A stretch of DNA of 64,000 nucleotides. It comes from Lytechinus pictus. Lineage: Eukaryota. The translations under genes were made by a program, and so were the position numbers. Below the pieces are notes generated by a model, which worked only from the letters and a program-made list of their open reading frames with translations, did not search any database and was not told the DNA's origin. Of this stretch, positions 49,710 to 61,498 are shown in pieces; the stretch's first letter is position 1; each line of letters begins with the position of its first letter. The DNA is taken from positions 5,954,001-6,018,000 of the forward strand of contig NC_087251.1 of NCBI RefSeq assembly GCF_037042905.1. Reading direction: 5' to 3'.

Positions 49710-52700
49710 CTGAAAGATAACAAGAAATACAACATGATTTAGCAAGATGGATGGTGGAGAAATAAAATGGACATGGGAGGTGGGATACAACTGAAATTTA
49801 TTTAAAAATGATTAAAATTATCAAAATCATTGTGGCGTCATGGTGTATTGGTCCCATCTTGTTTTTTAATCAGATGGTTGCAGGTTTCATCCCACTCCAG
49901 CCACCCCTTCAGCAAGAAATTTATCCACATTGTGCTGCACTCAGCTCAGGTGTGGTGAATTGGTATCCACTAAGATTTATTCCTATTTAAGAAATAAATC
50001 TTAGTGGATACCAATTCAATAAAAAACATTTAGTTTTAGCACCTCTGGTGGCTCAGCTATAGTCACGTAATGCTACAATACCATGTATCAAAGCACAAGT
50101 TTTATTTAAGATGCAGATTCCCCCAAAAAAGAACTTGAATGTCTGGTGGAACAAGTCGGTATTGAGAGAAGATTTGAAATGCTCTGAATTGTTATTGGTC
50201 TATAGACCACTTTCTAAGTGATAGAATTGTCTACGTACGCGGTCATGTTCTTGTTTGGAACAGATACTTGTGGTCTCTTTTGTGATGGTGATGGTTTCAG
50301 GTCTAGGACTGGCTTCTGACCAGTCTTGGCTCCATTCATCTTAGCAAAGAGTAACCTTAGAATCCGTTCTCTCTGCTCCCATGTAAGCTCACTGATGTCT
50401 AACTTGGTTCCTAATCCAGACCTATTATGAAGAAGAACATGCTTAGGTGCTTCAGACCATACATAAAGAGTATAGAATATATAAGTGTAGATTGTGAATC
50501 ATATGGTGTGCTCATTGCCCAAATACACTCACAACTGCATTATGGTATACGGTTACCATTCAGTACCAATGTATGTATGGGAAAGGGATGTGTAAAGGGC
50601 TAACTGCCAACATATATCTTGTGTTTCTTTATGTGTATAGGTTTGAAGACAGCATTGATTATCTTACCATGTCTCTGCAGCTTTGAGATCTGAAAAGACA
50701 CTGTTGGTGCTATTATCTGTTTGATTGAAAGTCCTGATACGTGGATAGTCTTTCTTTCCAGAGTGAGCTTCTATCATCCTCTTCTGATATGCTGCTGCTG
50801 CATCACGTAGATACTTGGCTTGGTTTGCTACAATCTCTTTCTTCACCATCTCAAGGGAGTCCAGGAAAAACTGCTCCATTTCAGTTCTCTGCAAAATAGG
50901 AAAAAAATATATTAAAAACAAGAAAAACATTGAAAAAACATGTATAAAGACTGCTTAAGTGATACCCCAATAGATGCCTACAGAAGCAGTGATCTTTAAA
51001 TATTTCTTTTAAAATAACATGGTCCATTTAAGAAGTCATGTTCAAGTGACGAGGGAGGTTTATTGTCTTTACATATAAGTGGTCACTAGTTGACAAAGGA
51101 GGGGCTGTTTCAAAAAACTACTTGTAAGTTACAACTTTATGAAAGACTTGAACATGGAAAACCAAAATGAGTTTCTCCCTCAATTTGTTGAAAATACCTT
51201 AAGTTGACATACACATATGCAGATGTTGATTAATTTTTGTGTATTTAGACATATTAGTGCAAAGTATATCATTTACCACAATTCAATTAATTCATTTGAA
51301 ATACATTCAAACTTAATTATGTAACATCAGGAAAACCTTTGTGTTGACATTTCATACCTCAGATGTTCATGAAGTAACGTGTAAAGATTCTTGTACAATC
51401 AGCTTTATAAAACACATCCTAGTCTCACTGTGAATTACATTAAATTATTTGATTTTATAATATTACACAATGACAGAAAGAACTTAACTACCAAAAGCAA
51501 ATGCAGCTTGATTTTCAAATAATCGGGGGGGGGGGGGGGGGGCGGTTGTTGATTTTTTTAATTATAAAGTATAAGACATAGCCAACCTGATCAAGAATTG
51601 TCTTGGCTAACTTCTTGACTTTATTCATCTCCTTTGTCTGCATATCAACGGTCCTCATGAGTTTAGCTATTTCAACCTTACTAGATTCTGCCTCTATGCC
51701 AGCCAATTGCTGACTAGATTTCTGCTCTCTCTCAAACTCTTTTACAACATGGCTCAATGACGTCTCTAAACTCTGAACTTTCTCCTGAAGCTGTGAAAAT
51801 TAATCAGGTTTTTGAAAAATGTTAAAATATATGTTATGTACTCTTACAATAAACATATTCATTTGTGAAATTCTATTAAAGTGAAGAGCACCAGAAAAAT
51901 TATAACAAATAACAAGAAAAGGGTTATAAGGGAAACTCCCCATGCACTTGTAGATCACCATCTAAACAAATCAAATTTTACACATATAATAGACAGATAC
52001 AGGTGTCTATTGCTGTCCCATGACAAAAGTCAGTAACTTTGTAAAATGAGTTTCTAAGTAAATGAAGAAAATGTGTCACTGTTTTAAATGAAATAATAAT
52101 AGATTTACTTACTTTTGAGATGTCTATATTTCAGATTGAGGACTTTGCGACTGTAGATTCTTGAGCATCATGTATAGCATACAGAAAATATCCCAAATCA
52201 GGAAGGTCAATTTTGAAAAACAAATATAGTTGCTCCCTTTTGTCAAGGGACAGGAGAACATATATCTTGATTATACAAACCCCAAATATTAATTTGACAT
52301 CCCAGAAAAAAATGACGCTTTAATTTTAGAAATATCTAATCAAGTATTTTTACAGGAAATCATTATTAGCTCATCATTACCAATGCTTACATGATAGTTA
52401 TAATCATGAATCTGCCCTAGGTAATGAAATAAAGGCAATATAAATAACTAATATAAATGCTTACCTCATTGATTTGTTTCTTCTGTTTCTTGCTACTAAT
52501 AACTTTCTCTTGTATGAGTTGATCTTGAAGCTCTCTATCTCCCTTGATCTGACTATTCTCCTTTAATAACTTTTCTTTCTCTGCTCTCAATTCATCAGCT
52601 TCCTTCACATGATAGTTCAGTGCTTCAGTCAAACGAACGTTTTCCTTGTAAACTGAACGTGTGGTTTCATCAAGGTTGCTATACAAGATAAAGATATTCA

Positions 52701-55700
52701 ACATTAGTTCAAATGTATAAGAATTAATGTTTGATCATGCTTGCACCATGATTCTTTCAAATTTGATAAACTTAGAATTAATATTTGATTACCCTTATGT
52801 CTGTGTTTCATGAACTACATGTGTAGATCCATAAACGTTTTAAGTTATGATGCAAATTCAATAAATGCCCCCAACACGGCCAAAGTTCATTGACCCTACA
52901 TGTAAATGACCTTTGATTTTGGTCATGTGACCTGAAACACGCACAAGATATCCAGGGATACAAGGTTACTCTTATGTCTCAAGTTTCATGAACTAGATCT
53001 ATAAACTTTTAAAGTTATGATGACAATTCCACAAATAACCCCAACATGGTCGGTTTGTTGACCCTAAGTGACCTTTGACCTTGATCATGTGACCTAAAAC
53101 TCAGGCAGGATGTTCAGTAATACTTGATTACCCTAATTTCCAAGTTTCATGAATAAGGTCCATATACTTTTGAAGTTCTGCTATGCAGGCGAGACAAAAA
53201 TGAAGCATTAGAAAATGTAGATAAGAAAATGGTAAAAAGAAAAAAACAAGGCAAACGCCAAGCCTTGTCTCGCCTGCATATTGCAGTCATGAAGAGACTG
53301 CATGTCAAATCTGAAGGGTAACATTTAAGAAACTTTGACAGCTTTTCTATTGTACCATTGGCAAATTTGTGTGAATATAAATGGTGCCAAGAACTATAGC
53401 TCATTAAATAAATAACAACAGTTTTTAAAGAATAAACAAGTAAAATACAAAATCTGGTTCAGGTATAGAGTACTGAGTTCTGAAGTAAAATGTTAGTGTT
53501 AAAAAGTATAAAATTATAAAGTTCATGTCACTAGAGGAACAAAGTAGTGTGAAAGTTCATTGACCTTTGACCGTAATCAAATTCAACTCACATTCGAACC
53601 TGACCTGCACCTTGAAGAGATGGACCTCTGTTACGAGTTTGGCGATCCCACCTCGAAGCTATAGAAAGTTATTGTGTGTACAAAATAGCACAGTGCCAGT
53701 CATGGAAAGTTCATTGACCTTTGACCTTAATCAAATTCAACTCACATTTGAACTTGACCAGCACCTTCAAGAGATGGACCTCTTGTATGAATTTGGCAAT
53801 CCTACCTCGAAGATATAAAAAGTTATTATGTGTACAACACAGCACAGTGCCAGTCATGGAAAGTTCATTGACCTTCGACCTTATTCAAATTCGGGTCACA
53901 TTTGAACTTGACCTGCACCTTCAAGAGATGGACCTCTGTTATGAATATGGCGATCTCACCTCGAAGCTATAGAAAGTTATTGTGTGTACAACACAGCACA
54001 GTGCCAGTCATGGAAAGTTCATTGACCTTTGACCTTATTCACATTCGACTAATATTCGAACTTGACCTGTGCCTTCAGGAGATGGACCTCTGGTATGAAT
54101 TTGGTGATCCCACCTCAAAGCTATAGAAAGTTATTGTGTGTACAACACAGCACAGTGCCAGTCATGGAAAGTTCATTGACATTTGACCTTATTCACATTC
54201 GACTAATATTCGAACTTGACCTGTGCATTCAGGAGATGGACCTCTGGTATGAATTTGGCGATCCCAACTCGAAGCTATAGAAAGTTATTGTGTGTACAAC
54301 ACAGCACAGTGCCAGTCATGGAAAGTTCATTGACCTTTGACCTTTGACCTTATTCAAATTCGACTCATATTCGAACTTGACCTGTGCCTTCAAGAGATGG
54401 ACCTCTGGTATGAATTTGGTGATCCCACCTCGAAGCTATAGAAAGTTATTGGGTGTACAACACAATTGTTGACGACGACGACACCGACGCCGGAAATAGT
54501 GATACCTATGTCTCGCTCCACTACGCAGGCGAGACCAAAACCTAAACTTCTCTAAGATACTAGTCTCTAGAACTGCTGCTAAAAAAATACATTCTTCTTG
54601 ATACAAATAAAATACCTGCATTTCAAGGGAAGTACATGTATGTTCAAAATAAAACCTACCTTATAGCCTCGGTGTGAGCTCTCTCAGCAAGCTCAGCAAT
54701 CTTCTGACTAGCCTCCTGCTGAAGACGAATCTTCTCTTCAAAGAATTTATGTTCCATCCTCTGTAACTGTTGTTGATGCTCCTTGTTTGTTAGGAACATC
54801 TCTTCTTTGATCTACAACGCATAACATTAACAATGGCAGAAAATTCACATAAGTTAGACTGTTTTAGTAGAAGAGTATATTAGTGAAAGACAGACTGTCT
54901 CAAGAATTGTCTTTAGAAAGAAAAAGACAATGAGACATTGCTTACAATCACAAAAGAATTGAAAATCACAAGGGAAGAAGTGTTGTGAAAGTTGGATGTT
55001 ATAACATGTACCATGAATTGTAGGTCTTGCCTTCTAAACAAACGTGACAGATCATGCATTCTTGTTCTTTTGGTGTAACGGTAATAATTAAGTAGTCCAA
55101 TACATGAGAGGTACCATGCTTCTTGAAAAAAATTATCTTCCTACAAGTGGAATTTAAATTAAGTACAACCCTACAAGATATCTTTTGAAATGCAATTAAA
55201 CATACAAAAATAATATTCAGTTACATAACTAAAAGAGGCTGCCATATTTACCTCATCTAGTTCTTTCTGCATTTGTCCCCTCTTTCTTCTGAATTCTTTA
55301 ACAAGCTTGAGCTCACTCTGCATCATCTTTACTTCTTCAGTTTTATCTGTAAGAGCCTGCTCTAACTGATGAAATCTTTCAGTGAAGTCCTCGATCTGAA
55401 AAAGAAATGTTTTCCTCTAATTTGGGTTTCAATACCATTGAATATTGTATGAACTACAATGTCCCATGCATATATTCAATATATTCCTAAAGTTTGAAGA
55501 TCAAAGCCCCCCCCCCCCCCCCCCCAAAAAAAAAAAAAAAAAAAAAAATCAATAATTTTCATTGAAAAAAAATTTCATATTTCAAACACTGCAGTGCTCT
55601 GATGGACCAACTGATCATTAAAATATAATCTGTTACAAACTATCATTGCCCAAATTCTTACAAATAGTGAAAGATGGACAAATCTCTAATTTGCTTCTGG

Positions 55701-58700
55701 ATAAATTTTGATTATTCTGCCAACTCCACTGAATCATCTCAGATACTCACAATTTGTTGTTTCTCTTTCCTTGATTCTCTTCGTGTGTCTTTCAACTGCT
55801 TCTGTAACTTTGAAATCTAGGTTAAATCAGAAATAAAGAAAAATATGATACATCCTAAACAAAATGTGTTGTGTAATATTGCAAGATAAGATAAGTCTGT
55901 ATGACCAATTTCTATCATTACCAGTATATATTCACTCTAACAATCTTAGAGGATTCTTATGATGTTAGAATTATGATAATTATAATAATATTTATATAGC
56001 GCAATAACTATCTATTGCACTGCAAGAGCTCCCTAGATGCTGCACCAGAATCAATAGGTTTTAAATTTCAGATTGAAATCGTTTAGAGTTGTTGAATTCC
56101 TAAATGTCAAGGCGAAGTTTGTTCTGTAATTGTGGGGCTGTTATAAGAAATCACTCATCTCCTTTTGTTGCTATCGTCTTGTGTGGGGGTAATTGCATTG
56201 TGAGTGTGTCTTGTGTGCTATGAAGGTGATGGTTATGAGATCAGAAGTTTAATTTTAAGAGTTCTGAGTCTGAGATATGTATTGGGACCTGGCTGTTAAG
56301 ACAAGTAAAGACAATAATTAGGATCTTTAAATGTGATTCTTTGCCGAACAAGTAACCATTATATCTATTGACGAATCATTTTGAAAAAAATTCTTAAGTT
56401 CTTGAGTATCAAGTATTTCTATGTTTCTTAAGCACAATAAGTTTGAAAAAGAAAAATGGATTATGATTTATAAAAGCAGCAAACAAATCAAACTGTTCCA
56501 TGGAGAACTACATTACAAGCCTTCTTCTGCAATGCCTTCACAACTTACCAAATCCTCCTTTGTTTGATCTTCTTTCTTCAGATAGGTTATGACTTCAATG
56601 GTATCCCTTTCAGAGATCTGCATGTTTTTCTGTAGGGACTCATTCTGCAGCGCCAGCCTCTTGGCCTCTTCACGGAACTCTTGCCTTGCATTTTCTGTAG
56701 CTACCAGCCTAGACTCCCAGAGTTTAGTATTGGCTTTTTCTAAGGCTCCATCAGAGAACTTCTTTGCATCCTTCGCTGCCTTCTTTCTGTAAAACATAAT
56801 TAACGATGACTCTCTTGATATATGGCAAGGGGTGCTTAAAGCTACACACCACTAATTGCGTATCAATTTCAATGGCAGAATGCGCACTCTCTATACTGTA
56901 TGTATGCAGATCTTAGGAACTGTGACAGCAGTGTGACGAAAAAAATCCTATCTAGATTTTCTACAGAGGCTGCAGGCCATGCATTTTGAACTTGAGTTGA
57001 GCTATTTGCGTTACGTCACCCACATTGAATTATAGCACACCTATTGGTATAATAAGTAGAAAGCCTCTGGCAGTCTTGCCTGCATTACACAATTTAAATA
57101 TAGCAACAGTGCTGACTTTTAAAACAGCTATTGAATAATCATTCACAAAAGAAAACACTCATATGATAATGAAATACCATGTCCATTGACCCAGCATGAC
57201 CTTTGACAATAATCATGTGACCTAAGACGTGTGCAAAACATACTTGATAAACCTATGTCTATGATTCACGAACTAATTGTGTAGATCAATAAACTTTCAA
57301 AGTTATGATGCCAATTCGATGAATACCCCCAACACGGCCAAAGTTCATTGACCTTATTTTTACATATGGTACATGGTTACCCTTATGTCCAAATTTCATG
57401 AAATAGATCCATATACTTTTAAAGTTATGATGACAATTCCACAAAAAATCTCAACAAACACACAAATAAGGGTTTGCAATTTATCTCTAAATCCTTATTT
57501 AAAATGACATAAGCTTGTCCTTAACTTAAGTCTAACTCTACCTCGGACGAAGTTCGTGCAGGCTCCACTCCACTTCACTACCGCTACACTACGCTCCTTA
57601 TTCCACTGATTCTTGGAATAGTTTCCCAAACTCTTAGAATATTTCTGGTATTTTCTGAGCCATCCAATATGATATAAATATTTATGCTGTTTGGCCTGCG
57701 ACCGCTCGCATGCGATGTTTTGAAATCGGCCGTTAATAATACGTGTGAGGAATTAGATACTGGCCCAAAATCACCAATTTTGAGGATAACCGGAGGATGG
57801 ACACGGAGTGAAATAAAAAATTAAATAAGGGTGTAGAGCTAGAGTAAGAAATTAAGCTATTTTTCTATCTGGTTATATTTTTTTTCTATAATTTTTACAA
57901 TAAACCACTTTTTGATCCCACCTTTGTCACTCGGAATATCCGATCGAGTTCACTGTCCCGAATTTCGGGTAGGTGTAGCGGTAGTGAAGTGGAGCCTGCA
58001 CGAACTTCGCCCGAGCTAGTTACTGTCAACAGAAGACCCTTTAGGCTTTATTCTCTTTCCATAGGCCTACATCCCAAACATTGTCATTAGGCCTAGTTAA
58101 AAATCAATTCAGATCACATTTTTTCAGCAGCCTGAATTTCCCGAAAAAATGCCTAAATCAGCCTGTTTTATGATAATGCTGACACTTTTCAGTGTGGCTT
58201 CAGACACACTACTTCCTAACCCAGAGAGCTCCCGCCCGCGCAGCAGCGGGCGGGAGCCCAGAAGCTTACCGTGTATTTGACCATATTCACCGGACTAGGG
58301 TGATTTATGGTCTAAATATTTCTCCAAATGAATTGTGAAAACAGAAAGTATACAATTACCACGATTATATGGATGAAGGTCTAACGAGTGGCAGTTTCCT
58401 GACATCTGAGAATAGACTGGAACCTCAAAAAAACGAAAAGTTCTCTCCTCTACCCCAGTCTCGATCGGCCATTTTGTTACGATTTTTAACAAAAATGGCC
58501 GATCGAAACGGGGGTAGAAGGAGAGAACTTTTCGTTTTTTTGAGGTTCCAGTCTGTTCCCAGATGTCAGGAAACTGCCACTCGTTAGACCTTCATCCATA
58601 TAATCGTGGTAATTGTATACTTTCGGTTTTAACAATTCATTTGGAGAAATATTTAGACCATAAATCACCCTAGTCCGGTGAATATGGTAAAATACACGGT

Positions 58701-58930
58701 AAGCTTCTGGGCTCCCGCCCGCGCAGCGGGCGGGAGCTCTCTGGGTTAACTACTTCCGAAATGCCGCGGCCGGGGGGAAAAAAGCACATTATTGAATAGA
58801 TGGGACTGTGGGTTAAAATAAGCACAGAAAGTCCTCGATGTTTGCCGTGTATTAGATTGCAGCTTACTCACCCTTTCTTTCCTTTTCCCTTTCCTTTCCC
58901 CTTTCCTCCTTTCTTTGTCTTTTTCGGCAT
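49586..58930 (-). CDS. BBOF1: Basal body orientation factor 1 (CCDC176) orthologue, 10 coding exons, 534 aa
   Basis: Exons 58930-58872, 56786-56549, 55816-55751, 55395-55252, 54811-54660, 52678-52465, 51790-51587, 50888-50668, 50421-50239 and 49709-49586 are all GT-AG and phase-consistent (1605 nt). The protein has recognisable BBOF1 blocks: K/G-rich N-terminus, ANTKLWESRL, FFEEKIRL, LAERAH, EMNKVKKLAK, YPRIRTF, STNSV, LTWEQRERILRLLFAKMNG. Confidence 0.92.
49832..50100 (+). mobile_element. Decayed tRNA-derived SINE containing a perfect foldback
   Basis: Shares TTCAGCAAGAAATTTATCCACATTGTGCTGCACTC with 29560-29850. Confidence 0.6.
50239..50421 (-). CDS. BBOF1: BBOF1 exon 9
   Basis: Encodes SGLGTKLDISELTWEQRERILRLLFAKMNG...; TAG acceptor, GTACGT donor. 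Confidence 0.85.
50668..50888 (-). CDS. BBOF1: BBOF1 exon 8
   Basis: RTEMEQFFLDSL...YPRIRTF...STNSVFSDLKAAET; CAG / GTAAG. Confidence 0.9.
51587..51790 (-). CDS. BBOF1: BBOF1 exon 7
   Basis: LQEKVQSLETSLSHVVKEFE...EMNKVKKLAKTILDQ; CAG / GTTGG. Confidence 0.9.
52465..52678 (-). CDS. BBOF1: BBOF1 exon 6
   Basis: NLDETTRSVYKENVRLTEALNYH...QINE; TAG / GTAAG. Confidence 0.9.
52780..53200 (-). mobile_element. Truncated HINE-like element (family of 26144-26738)
   Basis: TGACCTTTGACC-type units. Ends GCAGGCGAGACAAAAA, the reverse complement of the 5' terminus. Confidence 0.6.
53241..54540 (-). mobile_element. HINE/DINE-1-like element carrying a 154-bp x ~6 tandem array
   Basis: On -: T-tract, GTCTCGCCTGCGTAGTGGAGCGAGAC hairpin, (GTC)n microsatellite, the array, then subterminal IR GCAGGCGAGAC, a 3' hairpin and a T-tract. 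Confidence 0.8.
53551..54463. repeat. Tandem array, 154-bp unit, ~5.9 copies
   Basis: GAAAGTTCATTGAC recurs at 53551, 53705, 53859, 54013, 54167 and 54321. Confidence 0.95.
54660..54811 (-). CDS. BBOF1: BBOF1 exon 5
   Basis: IKEEMFLTNKEH...FFEEKIRLQQEASQKIAELAERAHTEAI; TAG / GTAGG. Confidence 0.9.
55252..55395 (-). CDS. BBOF1: BBOF1 exon 4
   Basis: IEDFTERFHQLEQ...ELKLVKEFRRKRGQMQKELDE; CAG / GTAAA. Confidence 0.9.
55751..55816 (-). CDS. BBOF1: BBOF1 exon 3
   Basis: ISKLQKQLKDTRRESRKEKQQI; TAG / GTGAGT. Confidence 0.85.
56549..56786 (-). CDS. BBOF1: BBOF1 exon 2
   Basis: KKAAKDAKK...ANTKLWESRL...VITYLKKEDQTKEDL; CAG / GTAAGT. Confidence 0.9.
57052..57460 (-). mobile_element. Decayed HINE-like element (family of 26144-26738)
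   Basis: Reverse complement of the 3' end of the 26144 element, followed by TGACCTTTGAC units. Confidence 0.55.
57539..58018. mobile_element. Non-autonomous TIR element (~50-bp TIRs; Academ-like start, tentative)
   Basis: CTCGGACGAAGTTCGTGCAGGCTCCAC..TTCACTACCGCTACAC / GTGTAGCGGTAGTGAAGTGGAGCCTGCACGAACTTCGCCCGAG. No clean TSD. Confidence 0.65.
58217..58748. mobile_element. Foldback / Mutator-like element: near-perfect 532-bp palindrome
   Basis: ~260-bp inverted arms beginning TAACCCAGAGAGCTCCCG, with only a few-nt centre. Perfect 9-bp TSD ACTACTTCC (58208-58216, 58749-58757). Confidence 0.9.
58872..58930 (-). CDS. BBOF1: BBOF1 exon 1 (MPKKTKKGGKGKGKGKGKK)
   Basis: ATG at 58930 and GTGAGT donor; phase 2 matches exon 2. 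Confidence 0.85.
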
Positions 58931-59119
58931 AATGTTTGTTACTTCAAAAGAAAAATGACAAAATTCCTGGATAATTGACTATTCCATCGTCGCTTCGCTA
59001 ACAATTATTTCGCTTCCATTATACACCTCTTCAATAATATCGTTCGCAACATATTAGCTCCGTACGTCGTCATTGCTTTAAAGGAGCAGCGAAATGTCCG
59101 TGTATAAGCAACCCGCGCC

Positions 59120-59132
59120 GTCGCTTGGCAAC
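59120..59132. promoter_or_regulatory. RFX X-box in the BBOF1 promoter
   Basis: GTCGCTTGGCAAC ~190 bp upstream of the ATG in a CpG-containing stretch, with an extra AGCAAC half-site at 59107. Ciliary genes are commonly RFX targets. Confidence 0.65.
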
Positions 59133-59193
59133 TTGTAAGAAGTGAGGATATACCTCATTCGCAGGCAATCCACAGCTTCAGGCCGACTACGTG

Positions 59194-60943
59194 CATAGGC
59201 GGATCGGGGGGGGCGGGGGGGGGCAGGGGGCCCGGGCCCCCTATTGACGAGCCAAAATAAGGGGGAGGGGGTAAGAAAGAAAAGAAGGGAAAAGAATGGA
59301 GAAAAAAAGAAGGGGGAAACATAAGAGGAGGAAGACGAGTGAATAAAATTAAATGAGGGGAATACTTGGAAAATTTTGAAAAGTCTTTCATGTCACTATA
59401 CAGTGCGTCCCAGAAAAAACGAAACCGAGATTAAGCGATGATTTATCATAATTTAATCACAAATACAATAGACAAATGACCTACCAATGTAAAGCTTAGA
59501 ATCTCCTCTTTCATCTGATATTACTTAGATTATTCCTCATTAACGCATGAGTGAGCAAAAACAATTTGAATAAAGGATACCAAAAACTCATTTGGAGGGG
59601 GTATCTGAATTTCAAAAAGAAAATCACATGCCTAAAAAGTTCAATATCTGCTCTTTTATTTGATACCTATAATCACAAAAAATGGTCAAGAAGTAAAAAA
59701 GTTATGTTCCCTCGAAACAACGCTTGTATTTCCATAATTTCATTAAATAAACGTGTTTCACCGGTTTCCCCACAGAAGCTATCACATGGTTAACGAAAGA
59801 CTTAATGCATGGCTGATCTTCAACAAAATGGAGTGTCGAGTGAGTTTGAACGCAAGCCTGTAAAACCTCTTCATTATATGATAATATCCCTATTCAGGTC
59901 AGATTGTCAAAACGTATCAGCTAGCGCTGCGCGCTCGCATTTTGATTGGTGAGTTATGTTTATCTCAATATTAATTCTATAACAAACTATTTTAAATCCC
60001 CATTTCATGACAATTTATCAAACTATCTAATGTCCTTAGAATGTCCCGGTCCAAAACTCAACTTGCATATCACTGCGATCCATATCCATCTCACAATTTT
60101 CCTAAAAAGTGCTTGAAATACAAAGCTTAACTTTACCCTTTCTCAGATCGGAATATCAAATAGTTTAAGCTTGCGCTTCGCCCTCGCTTTATTGATTTTT
60201 ATAATGAAAAAGGTTTTGAGAATGCCCAGATTCCGGGTCGATTTCTAAAACATATCAAAAATTTTCTGCTCGCGCTTTGCGCTTGCATTATTAATGTAGG
60301 AAGATTTCCAATTACTCATTCTTTTCATGATCTACAAAAAGTGCTTAGAACTTCCATTCTTCAGGTAGAAATGTAAAAATGAATAGAGTGTCCCGTTTTT
60401 AGGTCTAAATCTCAAATTTTTCAGCTTCGCGCTCGCATCGATTGTTTAGTTATAACTTGTCCTTTTCACGATTACAAAAAGTGCTTAGAATTTCTTTCTT
60501 CAAGTAGAAATGTCTAAATTTTCAGCTCGCGCGTTATTTGATTGTTGGAATATGCAACGTCTTCATGCAACGTCTTGCTAAATGCAAGCAGTCCCTTTTT
60601 TATCAGATCAAAACGTATACTGCTCGCGCTTCACGCTCGCACTAATTATTTAGTTTAATACACACCTTGTTCAGAATCACAAACATTGCCCAGAATGTTC
60701 AAATTTGAGGACAAAATACATGAAATTTTTTTAAATAGCTTGCGCTTCGCGCTCATACTATTCAAATAAGGCTTATAGATTATTATATATTTATGTTGAT
60801 TTGTAAGGATAAAGCTAAGAAGTGACTATCATGACTACCCCTTCAAAGAAACAAAAAAAAGTCAACTTCGAACGGCCTATCGGGGAAAATGTGGCTGAAA
60901 AAAATCCTGGGCCCCCTATTGGCGAATGCTGGATTTGCCCCTG
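59194..60943 (+). mobile_element. hAT-like non-autonomous element with internal GCTCGCGCTTCGCGCTCGC subrepeats, copy 1
   Basis: Termini CATAGGCGGATC / GATTTGCCCCTG with CCCCTATTG(A/G)CGA near both ends. Colinear with 61499-62901 and interrupted at 59401. No TSD recovered. Confidence 0.65.
59401..59880 (+). mobile_element. Truncated Tc1/mariner-like element nested in the 59194 element
   Basis: TA|CAGTGCGTCCCAGAAAAAACG left end. The host resumes at ~59881 at a point equivalent to ~61978 of copy 2, implying a later deletion of the right end. Confidence 0.55.
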
Positions 60944-60991
60944 TACAAGTCCAAACTCATGGAAAGGGCTTTTCAATTCATTGCTGGTATT

Positions 60992-61248
60992 CATGGGCGT
61001 ACAGATGGGGGAGGGGGCTCTTCCCCCCCAAAAAAAAAAAAAAAAAAAATAAAAAAAATCACGACCAAGAAAAAATAGGAAAGGGATACAGATGAAATAT
61101 TACATCATTTTCCGAATATTATATGTCAAAATCTATCACAAATTGGATTTTTGTAATAAAAATGTCAACATTTTTGCTCGCTCGCTTGCAACTTACTAAT
61201 TTTATCAATATCAAGCCCCCTCAAATTGTTGGGCTCATTACGCCACTG
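60992..61248. mobile_element. hAT-like MITE
   Basis: Termini CATGGGCGTA / TACGCCACTG with an 8-bp TSD CTGGTATT / CTGGTATG (7/8). Confidence 0.65.
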
Positions 61249-61498
61249 CTGGTATGAAACGGTTTCTCTTGACCCCCCCCCCCCCCGAAAATGTTCATGT
61301 AGTCTTTTATCTCAGACCCACTTACCAAAATCACAAATAATGTTAGAGTGAAGCGCCAACGTGTAGCTCCTCAGATTTGTGCTCTTGTAATTGTGATGTT
61401 TATGATATGTTCCTGGTGATTATGAACGATATAGATTTATACTGATCTTTCATATCACCTTTGGATGTTTTTCATGTATATATATATATATATATATA

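Noticed and set aside
53551..54463. CRISPR-like array or repeated peptide gene (four similar ORFs)
   Set aside because: Whole 154-bp units repeat with no unique spacers. The period is not a multiple of 3, so the ORFs are by-products.
58295..58668. Mirror-image ORF pairs
   Set aside because: A consequence of the 532-bp palindrome.
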